64,000 nucleotides of DNA. Source: an uncultured Actinomycetes bacterium (lineage in GTDB: Bacteria; Actinomycetota; Thermoleophilia; UBA2241). Positions 20,225 to 30,145 of the stretch are shown one piece after another. The stretch spans positions 32,001 to 96,000 of the forward strand of contig CAVYCN010000008.1 of NCBI GenBank assembly GCA_963767005.1. Direction: 5' to 3'. The notes under the pieces were generated by a model. That model did not search any database. It worked only from the letters and a program-made list of their open reading frames with translations, and had not been told where the DNA came from. The translations under genes and the position numbers were made by a program. Position 1 is the first letter of the stretch. Every line of letters starts with the position of its first letter.

Positions 20225-20875
20225 TCAGACCTCGCTCTGCGGTCGCAGCTCGGTCTCGGCGCTGCGCTCGGGCCGCTTGAGGTCGCGCAGCGACACCGGC
20301 TCGGCGCGCGTGGCGCCTTGGGGGCCGACCACCCAGCTGAGCGGCCGCTGCTCGGTGCCGACCATGGCCTGCAGCAGGAGCAGGCCCTCCATGAAGGCGG
20401 TGGGCGACGGCGGGCAGCCCTGGACGTAGACGTCGACGGGCAGGAAGGTGTCGACGCCCTGCACCACGCTGTAGCAGTCGAACATCCCGCCGGAGTTGGC
20501 GCACGAGCCCATCGAGATGACCCAGCGAGGCTCCATCATCTGCTCGTAGAGGCGCTGTACGATCGGCGCCATCTTGAGGAACACCGTGCCGGCCACCACC
20601 ATGACGTCGGCCTCGCGAGGCGAGATGCGCAGCACCTCGGCGCCGAAGCGCGCGATGTCGTAGCGCGGCGTCACGGTGGTGGCGAGCTCGACGAAGCAGC
20701 ACGACAGGCCGAAGTTGAACGGCCACATCGAGTTCTTGCGACCCCAGGCCACGAGGTCCTGCAGGCTGCCGAAGGCGGTCGGCGGGCGCTGGCCGAACAC
20801 GCCGGGCGCAGTGGTCGCGAGGCCGCTCAGAGCGAGGGCGGTGCGGGAAGGCCCGCTGGTGCGCGGCCGCTTCAC
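20225..20875 (-). CDS. nuoB: NADH-quinone oxidoreductase subunit B
   Basis: [30 protein letters not shown]. Confidence 0.95.
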   Translation of the reverse strand: MKRPRTSGPSRTALALSGLATTAPGVFGQRPPTAFGSLQDLVAWGRKNSMWPFNFGLSCCFVELATTVTPRYDIARFGAEVLRISPREADVMVVAGTVFLKMAPIVQRLYEQMMEPRWVISMGSCANSGGMFDCYSVVQGVDTFLPVDVYVQGCPPSPTAFMEGLLLLQAMVGTEQRPLSWVVGPQGATRAEPVSLRDLKRPERSAETELRPQSEV

Positions 20876-23349
20876 AGCAGGTACACCACGATGAGGATGG
20901 CGATCCAGACGGCATCGACGAAGTGCCAGTAGTAGATCGCCGACTCGACCATGCCGGGGGTGCCGGTGCCGCGCGCGATCGCTGCGGCGGGACCCTCGCC
21001 GGCCGGCACGACGCGACGTGTGCGATCGCCGGCCTGCCGGAAGAGCAGGTAGACGAGCAGCAGGAGCCCCACGGTGACGTGGGCGCCGTGCAGGCCGGTC
21101 AGGGTGAAGAACGACTCACCGGTGAGGCCGCTCGAGAGGCCGAAGCCGGCGTGCGTGTACTCCCAGCCCTGGCCGCCCAGGAAGACCACGCCCAGGATCA
21201 TGGTGACGACGAGGTGGAAGCGGAACCAGCCGATGCGGTCCTTGCGGTAGCTCGTCAGGGCGTAGTGGGCGAAGATCCCGCTCGACATGAGGATGACCGT
21301 GTTGACGATGGGCAGCGTGAGCGGCAGCCGGCCCGACGTCGTGTTCAGCGTGACGAAGTTGTCGTGGATGCGCAGGTGCAGGTCGGCCGCCAGCAGCGCG
21401 CCGAACAGCACGACCTCGGAGCCGATGAAGGTGAGCGTGCCGGCGCCGAGGGCGGTGAAGCGCTGGCCGGGCACGACCGGTGGCTGGGGGACCGTCCAGC
21501 GCGCCGACACCCAGAGGGCGGCCAGGACGAGCAGCAGGGCGATGCCGATGAACGACACGACCAGGCTGGTGAGCAGGCCGACGCCCACGACGACCGCGGC
21601 GAGCGCCGTGACCAAGGGCAGCTTCGTCCAGTGGTCGGCGTGCGGCGGCGGCGCGTGGAGGGCGGCCACCTCGGCGGCTCGTCGGGCCGCCGGCGACGTG
21701 GTGTCGAGCGCCGGGGCGCCGGACTGGCGGGCGCGCTTCATGTCGAACAGCGGACGCTCGCTTGTGATCACCGGCAGCTCGTAGGTGAAGTTGTCCTCGG
21801 GGGGCGGTGAGCTCGTCGCCCACTCGAGTGTCCAGGCATCCCAGGGGTCGTCGCCGGCCGGCTCGCCGGCGACGAGGCTGCGCACGACGTTGACCATGAA
21901 GACGACCATGGCCGCGCCGATCGTGAAGGCGCCGATCGCCGAGACGAGCTCGAGCGTCGTCCAGCCGATGTTCGCGGGGTAGGTATAGATGCGCCGCGGC
22001 GCGCCCATGAGGCCGAGCGCGTACATGGGCATGAAGGTCAGCAGGAAGCCGACCAGGATCACGGCGAAGTGGATCTTGCCGAGGCGGTCCGACAGCATCC
22101 GGCCAGAGAACTTCGGGAACCAGTAGTAGAAGGCCGCAAAGCCGATGAACACGGTGCCGCCGAACAGCACGTTGTGCAGGTGGCCGACGATGAACATGCT
22201 GTCGTTGGCCTGCCAGTCGAAGGGCACCGAGGCCTGCAGCACGCCGGTGATGCCGCCGATCGTGAAGGTCGCGATCATGCCGCAGGCGAAGAGCAAGGGG
22301 GTCTTCAGGCGCAGGCTGCCGCCCCACATCGTGGCGAGCCAGTTGAAGATCTTCACGCCGGTGGGCACGGCGATGATCATGCTGGTGGCCGCCATGATGG
22401 CGTTGAAGTAGCTGGGCAGGCCGGTCGCGAACATGTGGTGGCCCCACACGAGGAAGCCGATGAAGCCGATCGCGGCGAGGCTGATGATCATCGCCGAGCG
22501 CCCGAACAGCGGCTTGCGCGAGAACACCGGCACGATCTCGCTCATCATGCCGAAGGCCGGCAGGATGAGGATGTAGACCTCGGGGTGGCCGAAGAACCAG
22601 AACAGGTGCTGCCAGATGATGGGGTCGCCGCCGCGCGCCGGATTGAACCAGCCCGTGTGGTGGTAGCGGTCGAGGTAGAGCAAGCCGGCCGCCACGGTGA
22701 GGCTGGGGAACGCGAAGAGGATGAGCAGCGAGTTGACGAACGTGGCGATGCAGAGCAGCGGCATGCGGCGGAAGCTCATGCCGGGGGCGCGCAGGCGCAG
22801 CATGGTCATGATGAAGTTCACGGCGCCGGCGATCGACGAGACGCCGAGCAGCAGCAGCGCCACGATCCACAGATCGACGCCGCGCGGCGAGAAGGCGCGC
22901 TCGGTGAGCGGCGCATAGCTGAACCAGCCGGTGTTGAGCAGATCGCCGTTGAAGACGCCCGAGTAGAACAGGATGCCGCCGAACAGGAACAGCCAGTAGC
23001 TGAGCGCGTTCAGGCGCGGGAAAGCCATGTCGCGGGCGCCGATCATGATCGGCACGAGGTAGTTGGCAAAGCCGATCAGCATGGGCATGGCAAACAGGAA
23101 GACCATGGTGGTGCCGTGCACCGAGAAGGCCTCGTTGTACTGCTCGGGGGTGAGCACCTTCAGGCCGGGCAGCATGGTCTGCGTGCGCATCGTGATGGCG
23201 ATGCACATGCCGATCAGAAAGAAGACGAGCGACGTCGTCATGTACTGCTTGCCGACGTGCTTGTGGTCGGTGCCCATGAGCCAGGCGGCCAGGCCGCGCG
23301 GCTCTTCGCCGACGAGGGCGACGTCGTGGGGCAGGGTGATGTCCGTCAT
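20872..23349 (-). CDS. ctaD: Cytochrome c oxidase subunit I fused to subunit III (A1-type heme-copper oxidase)
   Basis: [17 protein letters not shown]; C-terminal [17 protein letters not shown] and YWHFVDAVW are subunit III motifs. Confidence 0.92.
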   Translation of the reverse strand: MTDITLPHDVALVGEEPRGLAAWLMGTDHKHVGKQYMTTSLVFFLIGMCIAITMRTQTMLPGLKVLTPEQYNEAFSVHGTTMVFLFAMPMLIGFANYLVPIMIGARDMAFPRLNALSYWLFLFGGILFYSGVFNGDLLNTGWFSYAPLTERAFSPRGVDLWIVALLLLGVSSIAGAVNFIMTMLRLRAPGMSFRRMPLLCIATFVNSLLILFAFPSLTVAAGLLYLDRYHHTGWFNPARGGDPIIWQHLFWFFGHPEVYILILPAFGMMSEIVPVFSRKPLFGRSAMIISLAAIGFIGFLVWGHHMFATGLPSYFNAIMAATSMIIAVPTGVKIFNWLATMWGGSLRLKTPLLFACGMIATFTIGGITGVLQASVPFDWQANDSMFIVGHLHNVLFGGTVFIGFAAFYYWFPKFSGRMLSDRLGKIHFAVILVGFLLTFMPMYALGLMGAPRRIYTYPANIGWTTLELVSAIGAFTIGAAMVVFMVNVVRSLVAGEPAGDDPWDAWTLEWATSSPPPEDNFTYELPVITSERPLFDMKRARQSGAPALDTTSPAARRAAEVAALHAPPPHADHWTKLPLVTALAAVVVGVGLLTSLVVSFIGIALLLVLAALWVSARWTVPQPPVVPGQRFTALGAGTLTFIGSEVVLFGALLAADLHLRIHDNFVTLNTTSGRLPLTLPIVNTVILMSSGIFAHYALTSYRKDRIGWFRFHLVVTMILGVVFLGGQGWEYTHAGFGLSSGLTGESFFTLTGLHGAHVTVGLLLLVYLLFRQAGDRTRRVVPAGEGPAAAIARGTGTPGMVESAIYYWHFVDAVWIAILIVVYLL

Positions 23350-24368
23350 CTCAGCTCATTCAGGTAGGCGACGATCTCGCTCACGATCTGCGGCGTGAGC
23401 GGCACGTCGGGCATGCGCGTGCCGGGCTTCACGCCCTGCGGGTCGGCTATCCAGCGCGTCAGGTTCGCCGGGGTGTTGGTGAGGGTGACGGCGGCGATCG
23501 TGCTGCGGCTCGCGAGGTGCGTGAGGTCGGGGCCGAACGTGCCGTGCAGGCTGGTGCCGCGGATGGTGTGGCAACTGGCGCAGGGCAGGCGCGTCATGGC
23601 CGCCTCGCCGGCGATCGCCTGCGTCCCGGTGGCCGTGACGGCAGGCTTGAGCTGGTCGTGGAACCAGGTCGAGAAGGCGGCCGGCGACTCGACGTAGACC
23701 AGGAAGTGCATGTGGGCGTGCTGGGCGCCGCAGAAATCGGCGCACACGCCCAGGTACCTGCCGGGGGTCACCGGCAGGATCGTCAGGTAGTTCACGTGGC
23801 CCGGGATGAGCTGGATCTTGCCGGCGATCTGCGGGCACCAGAAGCTGTGGATGACGTCGGCCGACAGCAGGTCGAGCCTGACCGTCTGGTCGGCCGGGAT
23901 GTGGATCTCGTTCGCGGTCGCGAAGTCGGCGCCCGCGTAGCTGACCTGCCACCACCACTGGTGACCGGTCACCGTGAGCTGCACCGGGTCGGCGGGGCCG
24001 ACGAGCCGTCCGGTGGTCTGCATGGTGAGGCTGAACAGGACGACCACGATGATCGCCGGGATCACCGTCCACACCGCCTCGATCGTCGTGTTGCCGTGCA
24101 CCTGGCTGGCCTCGCGACCGGGACGCTCGCGGAACCTGATAAGCACGAGCGCGAGCAGTGTCCAGACGGTGATCAGCACGCCGGAGAGGATGGCGAACAT
24201 GGTGATGGTCAGCACCTTGATGTCGTGGGCGCTCGCGCCGTGGGTCTGGAACACGTTCGGCGAGACCTGCGTGCAGCCGGCGAGGCCGGCCGTCAGGGCG
24301 ACGAGGACGGCCGCGCGCAGCACGACCGGGCGCAGAGCGTGGACGCGGCGTGCGGGCTCGCGCGTCAT
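23346..24368 (-). CDS. ctaC: Cytochrome c oxidase subunit II with C-terminal cytochrome c (caa3-type)
   Basis: Lipobox LAGC, GHQWWW, DVIHSFW, CuA motif CADFCGAQHAHM, heme motif CASCH, PGTRMP. Confidence 0.92.
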   Translation of the reverse strand: MTREPARRVHALRPVVLRAAVLVALTAGLAGCTQVSPNVFQTHGASAHDIKVLTITMFAILSGVLITVWTLLALVLIRFRERPGREASQVHGNTTIEAVWTVIPAIIVVVLFSLTMQTTGRLVGPADPVQLTVTGHQWWWQVSYAGADFATANEIHIPADQTVRLDLLSADVIHSFWCPQIAGKIQLIPGHVNYLTILPVTPGRYLGVCADFCGAQHAHMHFLVYVESPAAFSTWFHDQLKPAVTATGTQAIAGEAAMTRLPCASCHTIRGTSLHGTFGPDLTHLASRSTIAAVTLTNTPANLTRWIADPQGVKPGTRMPDVPLTPQIVSEIVAYLNELR

Positions 24369-25288
24369 CGCGTCACCAGCCTTTCGATGATCATGGCCAG
24401 AAGGAGCACGGCGAGGTACGGTCCCGAGAGCTTGTGCAGCAGCCACGCGGTCGTCCGGCGGCGACGGCCGGCCAGGTCGCCTGCGAGGGCGAGAAAGACG
24501 AGGCCGGCCGGCGCGGCGACCAGCAGGTAGCCCGTCCCGTACATCCCTATCACCACCGGCGTCAGGCTGAGGGCTACCAGGGCGGCGGCGGCGGCGAGGA
24601 TCATGCCCGCCGCCGCGCGCTCGCCCAGGGCGACGGGCGGCGTGGGGACGCCCGAGGCCAGGTAGTCGTCCTGCAGCGCGAAGGCCAGCGCCCAGAAGTG
24701 GGGCGGCGACCAGACCGCGATCAGGGCGCAGAGGAAGACGATGTCAGTCGTCAGGCCGCCGCCGGCCGCCGTCCAGCCGATCAGGGCCGGGAACACGCCG
24801 GCGAGGCCGCCGGGCAGGGAGCTGAGCGCGGTGCGCGGCTTGATGAGCAGCGTGTAGACGACCACGTAGTAGACGACGCCGGCGGCCGCGAACAGGGCGG
24901 CGGCGGCGCCGCCGCAGCTCCACACCGCGCCGACGCCGGCGGCTATCGCGGCGAGGCCGGCGAGGAGCGCGGTCCGCGGGTCGAGCGTGCCGTCGGCCGT
25001 CGGCCGACGGCGGGTGCGCGACATGACGGCGTCGAGGTCGTGCTCGCAGGCGTTGTTGAGCAGGGCGGCGCCGCCCACGGTGAGCGCCGCCGCGGCGACG
25101 ATCGCGACCGTGCTGGCCGGCCCGCGCGGGCCGGCCAGCACGGTCGCGACGAGCACGGTGAGGGCGAAGAGCGCGACGATGCGCGGCTTGGCGGCGCGCA
25201 CGAGCGCGCCGCCAAGCCGCGCATCGCGGTGCAGGCGACCGTTGCGCAGGTCGAGGCGCGGCGCGGCGTGGTCGAGCGCCCAGCTCAA
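24365..25288 (-). CDS. ctaB: Heme o synthase (protoheme IX farnesyltransferase)
   Basis: KPRIV, DLDAVMSRTRRRP, YTLLIKPRT, WSPPHFWALA; TTG start with GGAG RBS. Confidence 0.9.
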   Translation of the reverse strand: MSWALDHAAPRLDLRNGRLHRDARLGGALVRAAKPRIVALFALTVLVATVLAGPRGPASTVAIVAAAALTVGGAALLNNACEHDLDAVMSRTRRRPTADGTLDPRTALLAGLAAIAAGVGAVWSCGGAAAALFAAAGVVYYVVVYTLLIKPRTALSSLPGGLAGVFPALIGWTAAGGGLTTDIVFLCALIAVWSPPHFWALAFALQDDYLASGVPTPPVALGERAAAGMILAAAAALVALSLTPVVIGMYGTGYLLVAAPAGLVFLALAGDLAGRRRRTTAWLLHKLSGPYLAVLLLAMIIERLVTR

Positions 25289-26679
25289 AACGCCGGCTCC
25301 TTCACGATCACCGGCGCGACGGCCGCGTGGCGCCGGCGGAACACGGCCCAGGCGATCAGGCCGACCACAAACGGCAGGCCGAGCGTGAGGCCCTGCATGA
25401 CCGCGACGACGGTCGGCAGGCTCCAGTGGAAGTGCACGGCGTACACGTCGTCGCCGCCGGCGATCAGCAGCATGACGAGGAACGTGACGAGACCGAAACC
25501 GATCGCCGTGCGCCCCGGCCGGTCGCGCGGCGTCTGCAGCAGGTTGTGGAGGTCGTCGTCGCGCGTGATGAAGGCGTCGAGCCACGGCCACGAGAACAGG
25601 AAGCCGGCGATCACGCCGGGCAGCACGGCGGCCGGCCAGAACAGGCCGGGCAGCAGGAAGCCGCCGATGTGGATGTCCGAGGAGGGCATCAGGCGCACGG
25701 CGCCCTCGAGCCAGCCGGTGTACCAGTCGGGCTGGGCGAAGCTCGTCGAGTTCCACGGCGTGTACGGTCCGTACAGCCAGACCGGGTTGATCTGGATGAA
25801 GCCGCCCATCGCCGTGAGCAGGCCGGCGAGCATGAGCATGAAGCCGCTCGTGCGCAGCGCGTAGGCCGGCACGAGCGGCGTGCCGACGATCACCCGGTCG
25901 CTGCGCTTGCGGCCGCGGTACTGCGTGTGGCGCTGGACCCAGAGCAGACCGAGGTGGGCGCCGAGGACGCCCGCGATGGCAGCGGGGACGAGCAGGATGT
26001 GCAGGGCGTAGATGCGCGGGATCAGGCTGTTCGTCGGGAAGCCGCCGCCGAAGAGCAGCGAGGCCATGTTGGGCCCGATCAGGGGCACCGACTGGGTGAT
26101 CGAGTAGGCGATGCGCAGGCCGGTGCCCGACAGCAGGTCGTCGGGCAGCGAATAGCCGAAGACGCCGTTCAGGATCACGAGGATCAGCATGGTCAGGCCG
26201 AGCAGCCAGTTGAGGCGCCGCGGGCGCCGGTAGGCGCCGGTGAAGAACATGCGCAGCAGGTGCAGCACGATGGCCGCGGCGAACACGAGCGCGGCCCAGT
26301 GGTGCACCTGCCTGACGAGCAGGCCGGCGCGCACGTCGAAGCTGAGGCGCAGGACCGAGTCGTAGGCCTGGGACACGACCGCGCCGTGGAGCGGCTGGTA
26401 GCGGCCGGTGTAGACGGTCGGCGCCACCGAGGCCTTGAAGAACATCGTGAGGTAGATGCCGGTCGCGATCAGGATGATGAAGCAGTAGAGGCCGATCTCG
26501 CCGAAGAAGAACGACCAGTCGTCGGGGAAGATGTGGCGCAGCTCGCGACGGATGAGGCCGCCGCCGCCCGTGGTCGAGTCGAGCCAGGCCGCCACCCGCC
26601 GGTAGCGGCCGCGCGGCAGGCGGAACGAGCGCGCGAGCGAGCGGTCGAGCCGGTCGCCTGCTGTGGGCTCGTCAGGCAT
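25285..26679 (-). CDS. qcrB: Cytochrome bcc complex cytochrome b subunit
   Basis: RQVHHWAA, GYSLPDDLLSGTGLRI, HILLVP, QPDWY. Confidence 0.93.
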   Translation of the reverse strand: MPDEPTAGDRLDRSLARSFRLPRGRYRRVAAWLDSTTGGGGLIRRELRHIFPDDWSFFFGEIGLYCFIILIATGIYLTMFFKASVAPTVYTGRYQPLHGAVVSQAYDSVLRLSFDVRAGLLVRQVHHWAALVFAAAIVLHLLRMFFTGAYRRPRRLNWLLGLTMLILVILNGVFGYSLPDDLLSGTGLRIAYSITQSVPLIGPNMASLLFGGGFPTNSLIPRIYALHILLVPAAIAGVLGAHLGLLWVQRHTQYRGRKRSDRVIVGTPLVPAYALRTSGFMLMLAGLLTAMGGFIQINPVWLYGPYTPWNSTSFAQPDWYTGWLEGAVRLMPSSDIHIGGFLLPGLFWPAAVLPGVIAGFLFSWPWLDAFITRDDDLHNLLQTPRDRPGRTAIGFGLVTFLVMLLIAGGDDVYAVHFHWSLPTVVAVMQGLTLGLPFVVGLIAWAVFRRRHAAVAPVIVKEPAF

Positions 26680-28342
26680 ACAGGTTCCAGAAGCCGGGGC
26701 CGATGGGCTCGTCGAAGTCGTGCTGGGCCACGAGAAAGCCGTCGGCGTCGATCGCGAGAGGAAGCTGGGGCAGCGGCCGCGAGGCCGGGCCGTGGACCGG
26801 GCGGCAGCCGTCGAGCAGGTCGAAGGTCGACTGGTGACAGGGGCAGAGCAGGACCTGGGCCTCGTCCTCGTACTGCGCGACGGCGCAGCCGGCGTGGGTG
26901 CAGACGCGCGAGTAGGCAAAGAAGCCGTCGGGGCTCCAGGACTCGCGACCGGGCAGCGGTGTGACACCGGCCAGGCGCACGAGCGCGACCTGCGAGTCGG
27001 CTGCGGCGGTGTGACCCTCGGGGAACGCGACGATGAAGCCGCCGCCCTGCAGCGCGTCGCTGCGGATGGGCTGGTTGTCGGGCGTGACGAGGCGGCGCCC
27101 CGGCCGCCATGCCGTCGAGTACAGGCCGCGCGACTTGGGGCCGAGGCCGCCGAGCAGCACGAGCTGGCTCAGGCCGACGACGCCGGCGGCGCTCACCAGC
27201 ACGCCCGTGAGGAACCGGCGCCGAGTGAGCACGCCGGCGCTGCGGGCGAGCTCGTCGCCCAGCGCCGCCGGCTCGTCGGGCTCTCCGGCCGCGGCCGCGA
27301 CGGCCGGCTCTGCCGGCAGCGGGTAGCGCCCGATCTCGACGTCGTCGCCCGAGAGGTCGCGGCCCCAATAGGCCAGGGCGAAGCCCAGGCCGAGGAAGGC
27401 GAGCGCGAGCGTGCCGCCGATCCGCGCGGTGTCGTTGCCGAGCACGAAGAGGACGACGAAGGCCACGGCTCCGCCGACGGCCACGAGCAGCGCGAGGCCG
27501 GCGGGCCACCCGGGCGCCGGCTGCTCGGCGCCGGCGGGCTCTGGCTTGACCTGCCCCTTGCCCCAGGCCAGCCACACGGTGAGCAGGATGAGCAGGCCGA
27601 GGCCGCCGGCGGCCGCGAAGCCCTCGGTCACCGGTCCGACGTAGCCGAGGCCCCAGCCACCGGGCGAAGCCGGCGACTCGAGGGTCTCGACGAACAGGGC
27701 GACCGACGCGGTCTGACGCACGTTGAACGTGGTGCCGGCGAAGATCGGCATGTTGCCGCGGCCGAGGATCATGGCGGCGATGGCCTCAGCCGCGGGGTAG
27801 TTGGAGAGGCGCGGCGCGTTGCGGCCCTGGCTCAGCGCGCCGCCGCGCCCGGTCGAGCTGTGGCAGCCCGAGCAGTAGAGGTGAAAGAGCTGCTGACCTT
27901 CGCCCACCGTGGCGTCGTGGGCCTGGGGCGCCGCGATCTGGGTGGCGACGTAGCCGGCGACCTCGTCGACCTGGACGGGTGAGAACTGCGGGAACGCCGG
28001 CATCTGGACGCCGCCGCGACGCACCATGCCGGCGACGAGGCTGGGAAAGGCGTCGGCCGCCTGGCTCGGCCCGATCAGGCCCTCGCCGTGGTCGCCGTGG
28101 CAGCCTGAGCAGTTCGCCGCGAAGATTGCGGCGCCCGGGCCCGCGGCCGGCGCGGTCGAGTCGGACGCGGCGCCGGCCAGGGGAGTGGCGGTGACCGCCG
28201 GGATAGGGCTGGACGAGGGCGACGCGGCCGCTGTGGGGCCGGCACTCGCCGCCCGCACGACGGCCGGCAGGACGATGGCGACGACCACCGCCACGACGAG
28301 CAGCAGCGCGGCGAGACGAAGGCGACCTGCGCGGCGCCGCAT
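26672..28342 (-). CDS. qcrCA: Fused diheme cytochrome c (QcrC) - Rieske protein (QcrA)
   Basis: Two CSGCH motifs, GGWGLGYVGPVTEG, then Rieske motifs CTHAGC and CPCHQS. Confidence 0.88.
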   Translation of the reverse strand: MRRRAGRLRLAALLLVVAVVVAIVLPAVVRAASAGPTAAASPSSSPIPAVTATPLAGAASDSTAPAAGPGAAIFAANCSGCHGDHGEGLIGPSQAADAFPSLVAGMVRRGGVQMPAFPQFSPVQVDEVAGYVATQIAAPQAHDATVGEGQQLFHLYCSGCHSSTGRGGALSQGRNAPRLSNYPAAEAIAAMILGRGNMPIFAGTTFNVRQTASVALFVETLESPASPGGWGLGYVGPVTEGFAAAGGLGLLILLTVWLAWGKGQVKPEPAGAEQPAPGWPAGLALLVAVGGAVAFVVLFVLGNDTARIGGTLALAFLGLGFALAYWGRDLSGDDVEIGRYPLPAEPAVAAAAGEPDEPAALGDELARSAGVLTRRRFLTGVLVSAAGVVGLSQLVLLGGLGPKSRGLYSTAWRPGRRLVTPDNQPIRSDALQGGGFIVAFPEGHTAAADSQVALVRLAGVTPLPGRESWSPDGFFAYSRVCTHAGCAVAQYEDEAQVLLCPCHQSTFDLLDGCRPVHGPASRPLPQLPLAIDADGFLVAQHDFDEPIGPGFWNLYA

Positions 28343-28752
28343 CACGACCCCCGGCGGCGGCGTTGCCGGCCGCTCGTGCCCCAGTCGAGGGCGCCGAGAC
28401 GCCACAGGTACACGAGGCCGGCCAGCAGCAGGACGATGAAGACGAGGGCCTCGACGTAGCCGCTCCAGCCGGCCTGCCGCAGGCCCACGGCCCAGGCGAA
28501 GATGAAGACGGCCTCAAGGTCGAAGATCACGAAGAAGACGGCGATCTCGTAGAACTCGATCGAGAAGTGGCGCGGCAGCGGACCGGCCGGCGGCAGACCC
28601 GACTCGTAGCGCTCGTCGGTGGTCAGCTCACGGTGCCGCTGGCCGAGGAGGCTGGAGACGACGACGATGCCCACGGTGATGACCGCGGCAAGCGCTGCGT
28701 ACACCAGAAAGGGCCATCCGGCTCCTGAGATGGCCACGACAGTCGACCCCAC
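28342..28752 (-). CDS. nuoA: NADH-quinone oxidoreductase subunit A
   Basis: YESG, FYEIAVFFVIFDLEAVFIFAW, GALDW. Confidence 0.93.
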   Translation of the reverse strand: MGSTVVAISGAGWPFLVYAALAAVITVGIVVVSSLLGQRHRELTTDERYESGLPPAGPLPRHFSIEFYEIAVFFVIFDLEAVFIFAWAVGLRQAGWSGYVEALVFIVLLLAGLVYLWRLGALDWGTSGRQRRRRGS

Positions 28753-28910
28753 GCTTCGACCCCCTGCTGCCAGACACGGCCCTGGCTACCCTGGAAAGAG
28801 CTCGCGGAACCGCGTTTGGCCCCAGCGATGCTGCCAGTTAGGTAGGAAACAGGCAGGAGGCCCCTCTCGTCCAGTGTTTGGCGCTCCCGAGGCCAGCGCC
28901 GCGCGCTGAT

Positions 28911-29984
28911 CTACCCCCTGAGCCGCGCCCTGAGGTCGGCGGGCGGGGGCGGCACGGCCGTCCAGTCGAAGGCGTCGCCAATGGTCCGCAGGCGCTCGCG
29001 CGTGACCGGCGCGCAGAGCGCGCCGGCCACGCCGCTCTCGTAGGCCCAGCGCGGCTCGACGCCGAGATGGGCGGCGACCGCGTAGTCGAGGTCGAGGTCG
29101 GTGGCGAACAGGACCGGGTCGTCGGTCGAGATCGAGCAGCGTACGCCAGCCGCCCGCAGGGCGCGCAGCGGGTGCCGGCGGAGCGACTTCACAACGCGCG
29201 TGCGCAGGTTGGAGACCGGCGTGACGTCGAGCACCGTGCCGCGCGCGACGAGCTCGGCTACGAGGGTCGGGTCCTCGACCGCGCGGATGCCGTGGCGGAT
29301 GCGGTCGGCCCGCAGCGCGTCGAGCGCGGCACGCACCGACTCCGGGCCGGCAGCCTCGCCCGCATGCGGCACCGCGCCGAGGCCGAGCGAGCGCGCCAGG
29401 GCGAACACGTCGGCGAACTGCTCGGGCGGGTTCTCGAGACCTCCGAGGCCCACGGCGACGACCCCCCGCTCGCGGTAACGGCCGCACCAGCGGACCGTCT
29501 CCTCGGCCAGGCTCAGACTGAACGTGCGGGTGATGTCCGGGGTGAGGTTGACCTCGATCCCGAGGCGCTCGCGTGCCTCTTCCGCGCCGTCGCAGTAGCC
29601 CTCGAAGACCTGCTGCCACGCGATGCCGCGGACCACAGGCTCGGCCGGCGAGAAGATCGCCTCGATATACACGGCGCCACGGCCGGCTGCCTCGCGAGCG
29701 TAGTCGACGACGACCCGGCGAAAGTCGTCGGCGGTCTGCAGGGCGGGCGTGATCGCGATCCAGACGTTGAGGAAGCTCAGGAAGTCGCGGAACCGGCACA
29801 GCTCGGCGAGGCCCTCGACGGTGTCGACGGGCAGGGCGTAGCCGTTGCGCCGCGCGATGGCGAGCAGCGTGGCGGGCTGGACGGTCGCCTCGAGGTGGAC
29901 GTGGAGCTCGATCTTGGGGAACGCCGCCGGCCGGCGGCGTTCGGCCGTCGCCCCGGTCGTCTCGGTCGCTCTCGCTTGGCCCAC
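28911..29984 (-). CDS. add: Adenosine/adenine deaminase
   Basis: PKIELHVHLE, PHAGE, RIRHGI, STDDP. Confidence 0.9.
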   Translation of the reverse strand: MGQARATETTGATAERRRPAAFPKIELHVHLEATVQPATLLAIARRNGYALPVDTVEGLAELCRFRDFLSFLNVWIAITPALQTADDFRRVVVDYAREAAGRGAVYIEAIFSPAEPVVRGIAWQQVFEGYCDGAEEARERLGIEVNLTPDITRTFSLSLAEETVRWCGRYRERGVVAVGLGGLENPPEQFADVFALARSLGLGAVPHAGEAAGPESVRAALDALRADRIRHGIRAVEDPTLVAELVARGTVLDVTPVSNLRTRVVKSLRRHPLRALRAAGVRCSISTDDPVLFATDLDLDYAVAAHLGVEPRWAYESGVAGALCAPVTRERLRTIGDAFDWTAVPPPPADLRARLRG

Positions 29985-30003
29985 GCGGTCGCCTCCCTCG
30001 CTT

Positions 30004-30060
30004 CGGCGATCGACTGCGTCGTCGCCGCTCAGACATGCGTGACTTCGTCGCGCGCCTGGT
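30004..30060. repeat. Single copy of the 58-bp double-hairpin repeat family
   Basis: cggcgatcgactgcgtcgtcgccgctcagacatgcgtgacttcgtcgcgcgcctgg aligns with the units at 31256 and 34713. Confidence 0.8.
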
Positions 30061-30145
30061 TCGAAGGAGCTTACCGTACGCCGCCGGGCGCCGGATGCTT
30101 GTGTTCCGCCGCGCGACGGGGAAGCGATAGCATGAGGCCGACGTG

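Noticed and set aside
3960-28000. Many long antisense or alternate-frame ORFs (e.g. 3960-7043, 13385-16783, 17866-20280)
   Set aside because: Arg/Ala/Gly-rich shadow ORFs typical of high-GC DNA, overlapping well-supported genes
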